A DNA stretch of 63,355 bases, counting the filler, from Cercozoa sp. M6MM (lineage: Eukaryota > Protista > Endomyxa: Ascetosporea), in NCBI GenBank assembly GCA_040357565.1. It is 12 parts of 12 records of this genome, joined end to end, with 100 filler letters (N's around TTAATTAATTAA, not from the genome) between each part and the next. Parts side by side here need not be neighbours in the genome. Positions count along the whole stretch, not along the records: positions 40,602 to 44,131 come from JBDODJ010001416.1; positions 44,232 to 58,065 come from JBDODJ010000347.1; 10 more parts are not named here. The stretch is one strand, 5' to 3'. The notes beneath the pieces were generated by a model that was given only the letters and a program-made list of their open reading frames with translations, did no database searches and was not told where the DNA came from. A program made the translations under genes and the position numbers. Of the stretch, positions 40,952 through 53,274 are shown piece by piece; within the stretch, counting starts at the first letter, position 1; every line of letters begins with the position of its first letter.

Positions 40952-43067
40952 ATGTGGACTCTACTTGGCGAAACAAAGACTGAGCATATGTTCGCGGAGT
41001 GTGTGACCAAGCGAACGTGCTCGAATAAAGCGTGCACTTTGCTGCCAGTCAGTTTCGCCGTGATTGCGTTTGGTAGGCCATTTGACTGCCGTAGTTTCGC
41101 CGAGTGAAAAAAGAAACAACTGTTTGCTGTTTAGGGGTGCCTGCGGTACTCTTTGCTCGTTTACACTGGGTGTACCGACGAAGACACAGCGTTTGGCTGT
41201 GGCGCGAGCGACTGCCTTCGCGTCGCATCAGCGACATGTCTGTGGCGAAACGAACGTGCGTGCAGCGGACACGTCACTTTCGGCGATTCTGCGTACTGCA
41301 GTGCTGCTGGCTGGTACTGGTGCTGCTCGTGAGTATCGATCCAGTCGGCAACTGCAAGAGGTATGGCGACGTGCGATGGCCGATCACGATGCACGAGATT
41401 CTGCTCTTCCTCCAAGTGTCGATGTGCGCACACTTCACTCACGTGTACTGAGAACCATTGTTTTGCTCAGTTAAACTAACGGTACTATGAAAGCTGTGTT
41501 GCAAAAAATAACAGACTGTCCCTGGCCTCGATACCTCTCATGGAGGAAAGAGGCAGCACCAGAGACTGCACGAGGGGCCTGCGAGGACTACCGATCCTCG
41601 TAGTGGCGTACATGTTTTTAAGCACGATCGTTCGCGCTTTTCTCCTGTGGTTCACAAAGTTCGAGACCATTGACAGCGCCGTCGATTACATCACTGTCGT
41701 GCACATGCTGTGGAGCAGTATCGACGGCATTCTGCTCGATGCTCTACTGTTCGTCGTGTGGCTTCACTATCGCAACATTCTCTCGCGCGAAGTCGCTGCC
41801 GCAATCAAGCGTGCCGAAGCGAGCGTCCTGAGTTACATTCGAAATGACAAACAGCGACGAGCAGGTACGCATTCTTTCAGTCAACTTCACTTTGGTTCGC
41901 GCAGTTTGCAAGTACCTGAACAGTCTTGAAGCGTGCGCCAAGCGTCACTTCCAACCTCGAACTGTTGAAAGGAAAACCTGAGCGCGAGTCGGATGAGTCG
42001 TCAACCTCGCACAGCACATGCACAGTTCCGGCAGTCGACAGCAACACGAGTCCCGAACCGATCCAACGGTCTCGCACACAGAGTCACTCGCGAGGCAGTC
42101 CGAGCTCCGTGCACACAGCTCGGCTTTCGTTTTTCTCGAGAGCAAAGCAACGCATGGGCCTCATGATTCGACAGCGATCGCTCCACGTGGCAACCGAGCA
42201 GCAGCGCAACTGCATGCGCGTCACGACGCTGCACTCGTTGCGGCAAGCACGCAACTCAATTCGCTTGATTACGGTAGTTATATTTTACAATAAGATTTAT
42301 GCTTCGTTAGTACTCCATGTTTGCCAGGTTGCTTCGTTCTTCATGTTCTCGAGTGTTGTCGGAGTGCATGTGTTGCTGCTGATTCGGTCACGCGGATTAC
42401 GAACCGAGCGACTCCAAACAGCCGTTACTCATGGGGTACAGCACGATCAAACTGAGTGCGTACTGTACTGTACAACAAGGAACTGCCTGTGTAGTGGATT
42501 TCGATGATTTACATGACGACGGTGGGCTTCTCGGCCCTGGCGCTCGGGTGGGACCGCCGCGGCAGCTCTTCTGCCGACCGGAAACAACTCGCTCGAGCCA
42601 AGAGTCCCACCCAAAGAAACGCGGCACCGACTGTGCTAAAAGCAGCAGCGGAACAGGCCACAGTGCGGTCTTACATCTACGCGAGTGCGCCAAAGCAACA
42701 CCTGCAGCGGCTCCAGTTGCAGGAAGCCAAAGCACAAGTCGTCGTGGACATCGATGTTGCAATCAACTCTATGGCTGCTGAGGAGTGCTTGCACGATTTC
42801 AACGGCGTCGAAAGCGACGAAACGCTACGGTTGATCGGGCTGGCCACACTAGTCCGTGGCCAACTCGGCTACGACCGCGCGGATGAGTCGGCAGAATTCT
42901 TCGATGATGACTGCAAAACGCTGACAGAAGACGAGCTTGAGTTGCGAATGACCTGCGACAGTACGGCACTCACGCGTACGCGCACGCTCAACACAACGTG
43001 CACTCCTGAGTCTTCTGACCCGAGCCGGAGTGGTTGCGACTGCTCGCGCACATGCGACCTAAGTTAG
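40952..43067 (+). CDS. Putative seven-transmembrane (GPCR-like) protein
   Basis: Seven hydrophobic segments after splicing, a long Ser-rich loop between segments 5 and 6, and an acidic tail. Confidence 0.6.
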
Positions 43068-43652
43068 TTAGTTGAGTCTTCTAGGAAACCACCTATGTAG
43101 TTCCCCTGCACCAGTCTGGGTCGCAAGAGCATGGCCGTGTCTACCGCCCGCTTAGAGTAGGACCATACAACTCCCTTTTGGCGTTCCCCAGACACCGAGC
43201 ACCGAGCACACGCGACCTAAGTCGGTCAGTTTCGGGACTCCGCTCTCCTCGCTGGTGCGACGTAAACTTACTAATTTATTTAAATTTAGGAGTGTCAATA
43301 ACAGTGCGTTTGTAGTGCAGAGTACTTGAGCACACTCGGACAGATTCTCGGCGAGGGCGGTGGTGCATGTACTAAACTGTCAGTACAGGGCCGGTAGTGG
43401 TGAACCTGTGGTCAGCGAATTTATTTGCATTCAGTTGAGTTGATTAAATTAATTACTGCCACGCTACCAACAGGTCCTCTAGATCTCTGTGCTGTGCACG
43501 CCCTTGTGCAGGTAGCACAGTGCAGTGCGTCGTAGCTACAGTCGAATGCATGGAGCGCGCTCGGCTGGCGTCTTTAAATTAACGCGGCTGTCGTGTCTGT
43601 ACGTTTTACAGTTGGAGTAAATATAAAGACGGTGTCGTAACGACGCGATGCA

Positions 43653-44066
43653 TCAGTCCCAGGAGTCGTCGTCGTTGTCGGAATCGCTGGCCCACCTGGC
43701 GAGACGGTTGGTGGCCGCATCATCATGACTGACGGTGCCACTGCCAGTGGTATCATCGACGACGGTGCTACTGAGCACGTGCTCATTGTCGGTGTCAGTG
43801 TCACCGAGTACAAAATCGTCGTCGGCCAACGGAAGTGCTGCCGCCGTGTCTACAGTACCACGGAGAGTACCACTGTCAAAGGTCCGCGCGGAGACATAGC
43901 TTACCAGACAGTGGCACGTGGGACGGTGGTGTCGACGGTGGTGTCGTCCACTCCTCCAGTCCAGGTCGGCCACGTGCCGTGTGTTGCCGCAGCTGCGCCA
44001 GTGACAGATCCGACTCGGGCGCCTCGCAGTGCTCGAGCCACAGTGCGCGGCCCTCCTGCGCGCCCG
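43653..44066 (-). CDS. C-terminal exons of a hypothetical protein with an acidic tail
   Basis: EGRALWLEHCEAPE...|...DSDNDDDSWD*, truncated by a linker. Confidence 0.5.
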   Translation of the reverse strand, partial: RARRRAAHCGSSTARRPSRICHWRSCGNTRHVADLDWRSGRHHRRHHRPTCHCLVSYVSARTFDSGTLRGTVDTAAALPLADDDFVLGDTDTDNEHVLSSTVVDDTTGSGTVSHDDAATNRLARWASDSDNDDDSWD

Positions 44067-45680
44067 GAGAGAGCGAAAGAGCGGGGGGATGGGGGGTAAA
44101 AACCAAACCCACAACCCGATGAGCCGCCGCANNNNNNNNNNNNNNNNNNNNNNNNNNNNNNNNNNNNNNNNNNNNTTAATTAATTAANNNNNNNNNNNNN
44201 NNNNNNNNNNNNNNNNNNNNNNNNNNNNNNNCGTAGGCATGTCGAACGACGTGAAATTCACGCTGAAGCAGATGGACATTGCGGTAGTTCTTTACCGTCC
44301 TACCCCACTTTACCCCCCTTGAATAAATTCGGGTACGCCGATGTCGACGTCGACTCGAGTAGTACCCCCTGCTTACCCCCCCCCAACCCCTACCTCTTTA
44401 CCTCCTGCAGCGATGGCGTTGGATGCCGTTGCCAGAGGGTCTGGCGTAGTTCAACCTGGAGGTATACCCTCTCACCCCCCACACAGAAAGCACACAGAAA
44501 GCACGTGTGCGACAGGTGGGAGCATTGGACTCTTTGGCTCGGAGTGACGGACTCATTCGATTGCCGTGCGTCTTCTAGGCTATATCGTATAGAATCCTTG
44601 TCACTGAGTTACGTTACAGTATTTTGATTTTACGAACGTAGGTTAGCAAGAAAATACACAGACTGCAGACTTCAGTTCTGTTCAGTTGTCCATGAGTTTC
44701 AGGAGCTGCGTGCGACGCTTGTGGAACTCGTCGATTTCCCTAAGCAACACGAATCGAATGTGAACACGTCAAAAAGAGAGATTTCACACAAAACAAAAGC
44801 GGGCACTCTTGCTTCTTCTGACACTCTTGTCGCGACTGGTGCAGTTCGGCTTGCAAAGCGTTCTGAGCGATGTGGTGAGTCACATAGTCACGAGACCAGA
44901 AACATCTGATCAAAAAGGCCAGAGTACAGATCGCGCAGTTTGTTCGTTGAGTGCGTGTTGCAAGCTTTCCACAGTTGCTAAATTCACAAATCGCAATCGA
45001 GATAGTCTCGAAAAAGCATGAAATATCTCGAACGGGGGAAGGAGGTACACTTGAGATCAATGATTTGTTGATGCGCATCGTCTAGTTTCGAGTGAACCTG
45101 CAACAATTAAAACATGTCTCTGCTTACAGTCAGGAAGGAAAAACGAAGCGTACTGCGAGCTTTTCTTTCTGCTGAAGCGACTGCTGATCTCGTGATACAT
45201 CTCTCAAACTGCACTCACAACTCATCAGACATCCTCATGTCGCGCGGTCGTATGATCAGTACTCGTACCTCTGAATAGAGCCCTGCAGCAGCGCCGCCAA
45301 GTCATCCGGACTCTGCGCGCGGAAAGACGTGAAAAACTCACAAAAATGCAAAAAACACGACCCACCTTCAAGCAAAGTTGTCTCAAAATCTCTTGTTGGC
45401 GTGACTCCTCGTCCCGAGTACTGCGTGGCATTACCGACTTTCTCACGCGTGAAGATCACTGACTCACCAGTCAAAACTGTGCTGGAACAGGAATTTCTTT
45501 TGGCGGGAAGCACATCTTGGAAATTGAACCTTGAGCCCAAATGCCACCTCGCGTCACAGCGTGTCATAAGTGACACGAACGCGTAGACTTCTGGCAATAC
45601 AGACAACGACTGCGAGCACTAGCATTGACGTATTCCGTTTGGCGCACAGTTGCAATTTTGGGTGCACAAAACGAACTTAG

Positions 45681-46963
45681 ATGGTGCGCCGTGGCAAGAA
45701 AAAGGGCGTGGATCAAGCCCAGCAAGCAGAGAAGCAACGTCAAGCCGCTATTGCGCAATTTGGTACATTTGATTGTTTTGGTATTTTTCAAGTTTAATCG
45801 CTTTTTTTGCAGAGGACCCCAGCAAGTGCGTTTTTCTTGCTCCACATCACGTTAATCACAGAGTGCAAAATTCATGTGTCTGTTTGTGCGCAGTCCGTAC
45901 TTGATCTTCGTGAACAAGAAGCTGCGCAACTTGAAGAAGCGTCAGTCAAAACTCGTCGAGTATGAAACACAGAGCTTTGGTATCTGCATGACTTGCTTTG
46001 TTCTGATGACTGCGTTTCGGTGATTTCTGTTTGGTAGCGTCGCTGAACCCGTCGCAAAAGGAGGCACTGGCGTCGCTGCCGCAGGTGCGCGCGCAGGTGG
46101 CACTGCTGCTGGAGGTACCTGTCCACTCTGAACATACCAACTGAAGGGGGGGGTCTCACCAAGACAAGCACACATTAATGTGGTGAAAAACAGGTACAGC
46201 ACGCCCTCAAGACGGCTGCCTACGATCTGCAGCAGCAGCAAGCTGGTGACGAGGACGACGACTCCAGCAATGCCGTCACTGACATCTACACTGAGGAGGA
46301 CGAGGGCATCACCATTGAGGACCCCTCGGATGCTCCTTCGGTACCCTCTAGGCTTTACCCTCCCCTCCTCTACAATGTACCTGACGTACCCTGACAGGTG
46401 GAAGAGCCGACAACGCCGCCTGTGCCGGACGGTACCGACATCACTGACCTCATCTTCCAGAGCGAGGACGACTTGATTCGCAACATCTATGGCGACACCT
46501 CGGTCGTGCCTGAGGTGCACCCCTCACCCCTTTACCCCTTTACCCCATTACCCCTTTACCCCCTTTACCCCCCTCCCGTTATGTGTATAAAACAGCCGCA
46601 GCAGCAGCCCGAGGCGAGCAATGTCGAAGTGACCGAACTGAGCGACTCCAGTCTCAGCGTCGATCCTGTCGTTGACGACGCCGAAGTACACAGTGCCGAG
46701 GACGTCGTGGTGGAGGAGGTGCTCTTTACGTGCTCTTTACCCCCCTTACCCTTCCTCTTACCCCCCCCCCCCTCCAGTCGGAAGAGTCGGCGCCGCCAAA
46801 GCCGTCCTACAAGAACGTCGCCGCCAGTAGCACTCGCAAGGGCGAGGTCAAGAACAACCCCGGTCCCATCGGCTCGGGCACTGGCAGGAACCGCGGCGAG
46901 CGTCCGCGCGGACGTGGCGGCTACCGTCGTCGTCGCGGCGTGTCACGTACGACCGCCGATTAA
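45681..46963 (+). CDS. Caprin-like RNA-binding protein (KKLRNL coiled coil plus RGG tail)
   Basis: MVRRGKKKG...F|EDPSN|PYLIFVNKKLRNLKKRQSKL...LNPSQKEALASLPQV, with C-terminal PSYKNVA...RGERPRGRGGYRRRRG. Includes a 13-nt microexon. Confidence 0.65.
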
Positions 46964-47048
46964 TCCGAGTGCCTCGACTGACTGAGTTCGAGTTGGTGCT
47001 TACTGCGCAGCTTGCCTCAGCTACCCTTGCCTCAGCTACGTTAAGGAA

Positions 47049-47594
47049 CGGAAGTGTTTTTCAAAATCAAACCGTCAGGCGTTGTGGGCTTTCCCCAAGT
47101 TTCTGTTCAGGAGTCCTTGACGGAGCTAATTACTTGCCCTTGGGTGTTTGGGGGGAATCCTCCCTATCGTCGGATAAAAATAGTGAGCCCATAAAAATAC
47201 CTGTCGCGAAGCAAGCTATTTTTACCTTTAGTGGAGCGTGGACATGTGTAGTGGTTGTCTAGGCATTACTGAACTACTGGACGCTAATTTGTCAAATTCT
47301 CATGTTTTTTTCGACCAATTTACCCGATTTTCACTCGACGCGCCCCGATCGCTAATGATGCTCCGCACACGGCTAGTGTATTTATAGAGCACATACTGAG
47401 GGTCAGTGAAACGTGCTATCTTGCTATACTGATCAACATCTTATCTGCTTGTTGGCTCAGTTTTATGGGCTCACTATTTTACCCGACGATACGGTAGGAT
47501 TCCCGTGTTTGGGTTTAGGCAGATACTGTCCCCCTGGGATTTCCCCATACAGATAAGATAAAAGAAAATGCCCCGCCAAATCCGGGACAAACCC
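47049..47594. mobile_element. Degenerate copy (reverse orientation) of the 19650 MITE family, interrupted by a younger MITE
   Basis: Shares accgtcaggcgtt, ttgcccttgggtgt and the terminal aaaatgccccgccaaatccgggacaaac with the reverse complement of 19650-19843. Confidence 0.7.
47153..47504. mobile_element. 352-bp MITE with ~44-bp TIRs and a 9-bp TSD (Mutator-like)
   Basis: TIRs gggaatcctccctatcgtcggataaaaatagtgagcccataaaa and ttttatgggctcactattttacccgacgatacggtaggattccc. TSD GTGTTTGGG at 47144-47152 and 47505-47513. Confidence 0.85.
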
Positions 47595-47621
47595 CAAGTT
47601 GACTCAAATGGCAGTTGTAGT

Positions 47622-50600
47622 TTAGTGCGACGCCTCGGCGCGGCCCTCCTGCGGGCGCATGGCCGGGAACAGCAGCACCTCGCGAATGTTGTTGCTGTCC
47701 GACAGGAACATCGTGAGACGATCAATACCGAGACCCCAGCCGGCCTACCGAGTACACACACACTCACACACTCACACACTCACATAGACATAACAGAGCA
47801 AGCGTACCGTAGGCGGCAGGCCGTGCTCCAGGGCACGGATGAACTCAAAGTCAATATCCGGCACCTCGTCGTCACCAGCGTGCTTGGCCTTCACACGGGA
47901 GGGGGTAACATGGGCTTGACAGGGAGATACGGGAGAAGGGTATGCTTACCAGCATCTGCTGCTCGAAGCGGTCCTGCTGCACGCGCGGGTCGTTCAACTC
48001 CGTGTAACTGTACAAGGCACATCAGTGTGCAGTAGAAGGGGTCCTAAAGGAGGCCAAAAACAAAGGTACGCGTTGCACAGCTCCTTGCCGAGCACGAAGA
48101 GCTCGAAACGCTCCGTCACCTACACGCTCGGGAGGGTAGGTACACAGCGGGTAGGGGGGGTAAAGACACAACGCATACCTGCGGCTTGGAGCGGTGGTGC
48201 TTGGCCAGCGGCGACATGATGGCCGGGTGGTCCCTGTGTACAGTACATACAGACTCCAGTGTTTAATTAAGGGTGCGTGTGCGTCAGAGGTGTTGATACG
48301 TGATGAAGGTCGGGTCGACGCACTTGCTCTCGACAAAGTGCTCACACAGCTTGTCCTACATACACACAAATGTACACATATAAATTGATATAAATTTATA
48401 GGTCTCTGTCAGAGTCAAAGAATTAATACGAGCAGACGCGCCGTCGTCTGCGGCGGCGAGCAGTCGATCTGAGAAACGTAAAGAGGATCGGGGGGATGGG
48501 GGGGGGGGGTAAACTAGACTTGAGACACGCCAAAGCTACCTCGAACTGCTCGCACTTCTCGGCCAGGTAGACACGGGCTTCCTCCGAGTTGAGGTCCTCC
48601 TATTGACCATGACATGTGTGCTACTTCAACCCCAAACACTTGCTTTGCAACATACCGGAATGGCAAAGGTCGGGTCGAGCTGCTTGGCGCCCTCCACAAT
48701 ACCTGCAAGCACAGAGACAATATCAAGAGGGGGGGCGGGGTAAAACTCAAATGCACCGTCGAGGAAGGAGATGCGGCGGAACGGAGTCGACCAGTTCACC
48801 GTCTGTTCAGTCACTCAGTCGGTATACGTCCATGTGCATGTGCATATGCATGCATGACTGCTACCTTCTTGGAGTCGGGCTTCTCGGGACCGTCGGCGTG
48901 CCAGTCGACCTGCACACCAGTCATGCATGCTAAGGGAGAAGGGGATGGGGGGCTAGAGAGCGCCAAAGTTACCAGGTGCGTGCCCTTGATCTGCTGCACC
49001 ATCGTCGACAGCATCTGCTCCGTATGCTCTACAAACGATATGTGTAAGTGCACACACACAAGCACACGCACACACACACGCACACACACAAGACACAAGT
49101 TTAGAGGTACGCATGAGGTCCTCGTAATCCTGGTAGGCCCAGTAGAACTCGCACGTTGTGAACTCCTGTACACAGACACCGTATATACATACATACATGC
49201 TTACATATATACCTACAATACATCCGTATATATATATATATATATATATATCTATAATATACATATATATAGCCAATATACATACATATATCCCATAGAT
49301 ACATATATCAATATACATACTATATATACTAACTGGATATGCCTACCGGGTTGTGCGTGAGGTCAATGCCCTCGTTGCGGAACTGGCGACTGCACAACAC
49401 ACCAAAGGGTAAGATGGAGTAAGAGTAGTCAAGGGGGACAGAAGACAGGCCTACCCGATCTCGTAGACGCGGTCGAGACCACCGACAATAAGCATCTTGA
49501 GGCTGAAGCACAAACACGCACACACATGTCTACTGAACCAAGACACTAGGACAGGACCCGAGTGGAAGCTTACTAGAGCTCCGGAGCGATGCGCATCTGC
49601 ATGTCAATGCCGAGCTCGTTGTGATGCGTCCTGTGTACGTACACAGGTACAAACGTACCGCATCCTGTACAACACCCCCTCTGAACAAAAGTGTTCCCTA
49701 CAGGAAGGGACGAGCCGTGGCACCGCCGGCCTGCGAGTTCATCATCGGCGTCTCGACCTGCAAGGTCCCAATGGGGCAAGAGGGTAACAGAGGGGGTAAC
49801 AGAGGGTAAAAGTGCCTACCTCAAGGAAGCCGTGCGAGTCGAGGTAGCGACGGATGAAGGCAATGATCTGCGCGCGCGTCTCGAACTTCGGGCGCACCTG
49901 TCCTCAAGTACAAGCACATACCATCACAGTGCACATATCCCCTACAGCACAGAAGGTAGACCTACCTGCTTGTGGTTCATGATGAGGTCCAACCAGCGGT
50001 GGCGGTAGCGCTGCTCGACGTCCTTGAGACCTGGCACAAATGGGGGGGTACAGGGTAGGGTACAGGGTATGGCTTCAGGTGTAAAGGTAGGGGGTGCAAA
50101 GGTAGGGGATAGAGGGGGTAAAGACAAAGCTACCACGCTTGGGCAGCATGGCGAGGCACGACGACAGAATCGTCAGCTTGGTCGGCACGATCGACAGCTC
50201 GCCCTGCCCCCATGTTCATGTGTATCTTGCCAACAGGGTTAAAGGGAGGGGTTGCTACGTTCTTCGACTTGGCCGGCGAACCGTGCACGCCGATGATGTC
50301 GCCACGCGTCAGGCGGTCCATGGTCTGAGAGTGTGGGAGGGAGAGGTAACACAACACACACAGACGTCGAAAGACGATGAAGCAGAAGACACCTTGCTCA
50401 TGTCCTCCATGACCTCGCCCTCGACGGCCGACAGATCAGCGAGAACCTGGAGCTCGGCGCCATCAGCAACGAGCGTGTAGAAGGCGAGCTACACCAAGGT
50501 ATACATCGGCACACTTTTAACACATTTAATTTGAGCTACCTTCTTGCCAGAACGACGCACGAACTGCACGCGGCCAGCAACGACCTCGTGCACGTCCGTC

Positions 50601-51408
50601 AGTCGCTCGCCGGCCTCGACCTGCGTGTTGTGGTTTGCCATCAAACATCGGAGAAAGAAACACGAAACGCACCTTGTCCTGGTAGCGGTTGCGGAACTCC
50701 GGCAGCGACACCGTGAGCGAGTCGAACTTGTGCGGGTACGGCTCCTCACCGGTGGCCTTGATGTCGGCAATCACCTTGTTCTGCTCGGCCTCGTATTCGG
50801 CCTGCGAGCACACACGAAAACACGCATCGGAAAAACTCAACAGCGCCAAAGTCAAAAGAACACAAGTTTACAGCAGTCAGAGCCTTCTTGCCCGACGCCG
50901 CAGCCTTGGCCTTCTTCTCGGCGTCCTTCTTCTCCTTGGCCACCTGCGGAAGCACACAGTAACAGGTGATAGCTAGAGAGCGCATCAGGCTTCAAATCAC
51001 CAGCTTGAGCGCCTTCTTCCAGGCGTTCTTGGAAACGCTCTAAACGCAAAGAAAATCAACTCAGAGCTTTGCAATCACACAGCACACGCACCTCCGGCTT
51101 CTCGGCGCCGTTCTTGACGAGCTCAAGAAGGGCTGCCTGGTCCAATTCCTGCAGACATGACGTTTCACGGGTCCTTAGCACCCATCCGCGCGGTCAGACC
51201 ACAACTTAAAACTCCAAAACTTACAGTAGCGCTCATCGCGTCGAAAAGTCGTAGTTGTGTCAACTGCACACACCGCACTCTTGTCACAAAAACAGCAGAC
51301 CCAGTCAGAAGTTGATGGGAGGCTCAGTACGGGACGGAAAGTAGGCGCGCGGAAGCTCGCTTGGGTCACTGTCAATGCTCGGGTGCCTCGGAACACACCG
51401 CGCAACAT
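47622..51408 (-). CDS. KARS1: Class II lysyl-tRNA synthetase, about 29 exons, with an upstream mitochondrial-type leader
   Basis: [19 protein letters not shown]|VETPMM, RIAPELY|[16 protein letters not shown]|[28 protein letters not shown]|AGWGLGIDR and REVLLFPAM. Confidence 0.96.
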
Positions 51409-51471
51409 TCACACGGGCGGGTCTGCCGGTCGAGGCACGTCACCTGCACCCTTAACTAAAAAATTCCTGCG

Positions 51472-52822
51472 ATGCGTCCAGCAGAGCGGTCATTCTGTGC
51501 CAAAAAGGCGTCCTTAACATTTAATTGTGTCGGAGCTCTAAGCTGCAGCAGACCAACGCAGCATCGTGCGCGCGGTTTAGAGTGGCCCAGGACGTAGTTC
51601 TGAGACAAACCAGAGATGGAGCTCGAGGATCGTGAACAAGTCTTGGACGCCATGCGGCAGCAGTACGCGGTATCTGAGTTGCTAGGGGTGTGCAAAAGAG
51701 GGAATTCCAAGTTGGTGTCAAGCAGAAGGAGCGCTGTGCGCCGCAAGTGTGCTACGAACTCTTCTCGGACGCGGAGAAACTGTACCTTTCGTCGAATTAT
51801 ACACACGTATATATTTATATATATAGAGGTATGTCTGTATTGTGCAAGCACAGTGAGCCGATGGCACGTGAGTTAGTCGAGCTGCTGATGGACCTAATTC
51901 TGGAGGAGGACGAAGGCGACTTCCACCGTAGTCTGAGTTATACTGTTTAGATGGGGAGGGGGGAGGGGAGGGTGATACCTTAGGCCTGTGTAGCACTCTT
52001 CCTGCAGCGACTGTTCGTGGACTTGGTGCGCACGCATCCGAGTTTGATGCCGCCTCTCGTGGGCGGTACTCTTTGCTTTGGTCTCTGTTGTTTATTTTAC
52101 ACGACTGTGTGACTGCACAGGTGCCATCAACCGCGTGTTCCGTACGCTGGAGGACTACTCGCGTGAGCAGCGTCTGGCACTTGCCAATGTACCTTCGTGT
52201 CTGTCTAGGTCGGGGACTAGACACGTCTGTATGTGTTCTGATGCAGTTGCTGTCGTTCCACCTGTCGAACCTGGGACCTCAGTGGCCGTGGAACTCGTGG
52301 GCCTACTGTCTCGAAGACACTGACAAGGCCAACGACAAGGCCGACGACGACAAGGCCGACGACGACGACGATGAGCAGGAGGAGGATGTGCGACGTGCCT
52401 TCCTGCGACTTGTCTTTGCCAAGACCAGCGACTTGCTTGGTCTCTCTCTCGCACATGTCTTTCTATCTCTACTTATACAGACGTACTATTCACAGGTGTG
52501 CGTACTCTCATGGACGCCATCACACACGAGGTACCTGCTTTGTGACACTAGCCTCGTCCGTGTTTACTTTTTTCTCAACCAGGGCATGAACAAGTTCGCA
52601 CGTGCCTGCATCGACAATCACTGGGAACACGAGGTACCCTCCTTCCCCAAGTTAATACTGAGTCTACGCATTCGTGACTCACAGGAGAGAAACTACGTGC
52701 CCGAGACTGAGCGCAACAAGAGCGACGCCGCCGAGGACGACGACATGCGCGACGACGCTGCCGGTGGCGACCTCAACTCCAAGCCTGAGAGCTCCAGAGA
52801 CGAGATGCGAGTCGAAGAGTAG
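51472..52822 (+). CDS. Short CBP80/NCBP1-like protein (middle MIF4G-like domain only)
   Basis: Exons give LVELLMDLIL...LFLQRLFVDLVRTHPSLMPPLVG|GAINRVFRTL...LLSFHLSNLGPQWPWNSWAYCL...RRAFLRLVFAK, comparable to CBP80 WFSHHLSNFxxxWxWxxW. The product ends in an acidic tail and a stop. Confidence 0.72.
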
Positions 52823-53274
52823 GCCTACGTCGGTCGCGTCGCGTATTTGCCTTGTGGGTAGTTCTGACAGGCGATTTTGAGAACCAGACACTTGATGTGT
52901 GTATAACGTAGTCACGAGCTAAGTGCCCTCTAATGTTTTGCACTTTGGACCTGATTTCTGATTTTGTCTTCGGTTCAACACCCGAAATTTCATCACACAT
53001 GCCACTTCAGCCGAGTCCTAGGGCACTAAACTGCTTGCGCAATACTTGGTTCTACCTATTGGCGCTTTTTTAAAACGGCTAGTTCGAAGTGAGCAAGCAC
53101 CTGTGCTAATTCAGTTATGTTATCAATCCGATTGGTTCCTCTTGCTTTCCGGCGTGAGTCGTTCGACTATAACGAAATGACGGTACGGTAGCTATAGCGA
53201 AATGGATATGGACGTGAATGATTCGACGCTAATTGCTTCGGACCGGACAGACGGACTTCGGTCGGACGTTAAAG

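Noticed and set aside
44237-44547. Fragment resembling PLPBP (GMSND) or PurH (QPGGS), with a possible non-AG acceptor near 44320
   Set aside because: The reading frame and exon structure are ambiguous, and a canonical alternative splice exists, so no call can be supported.
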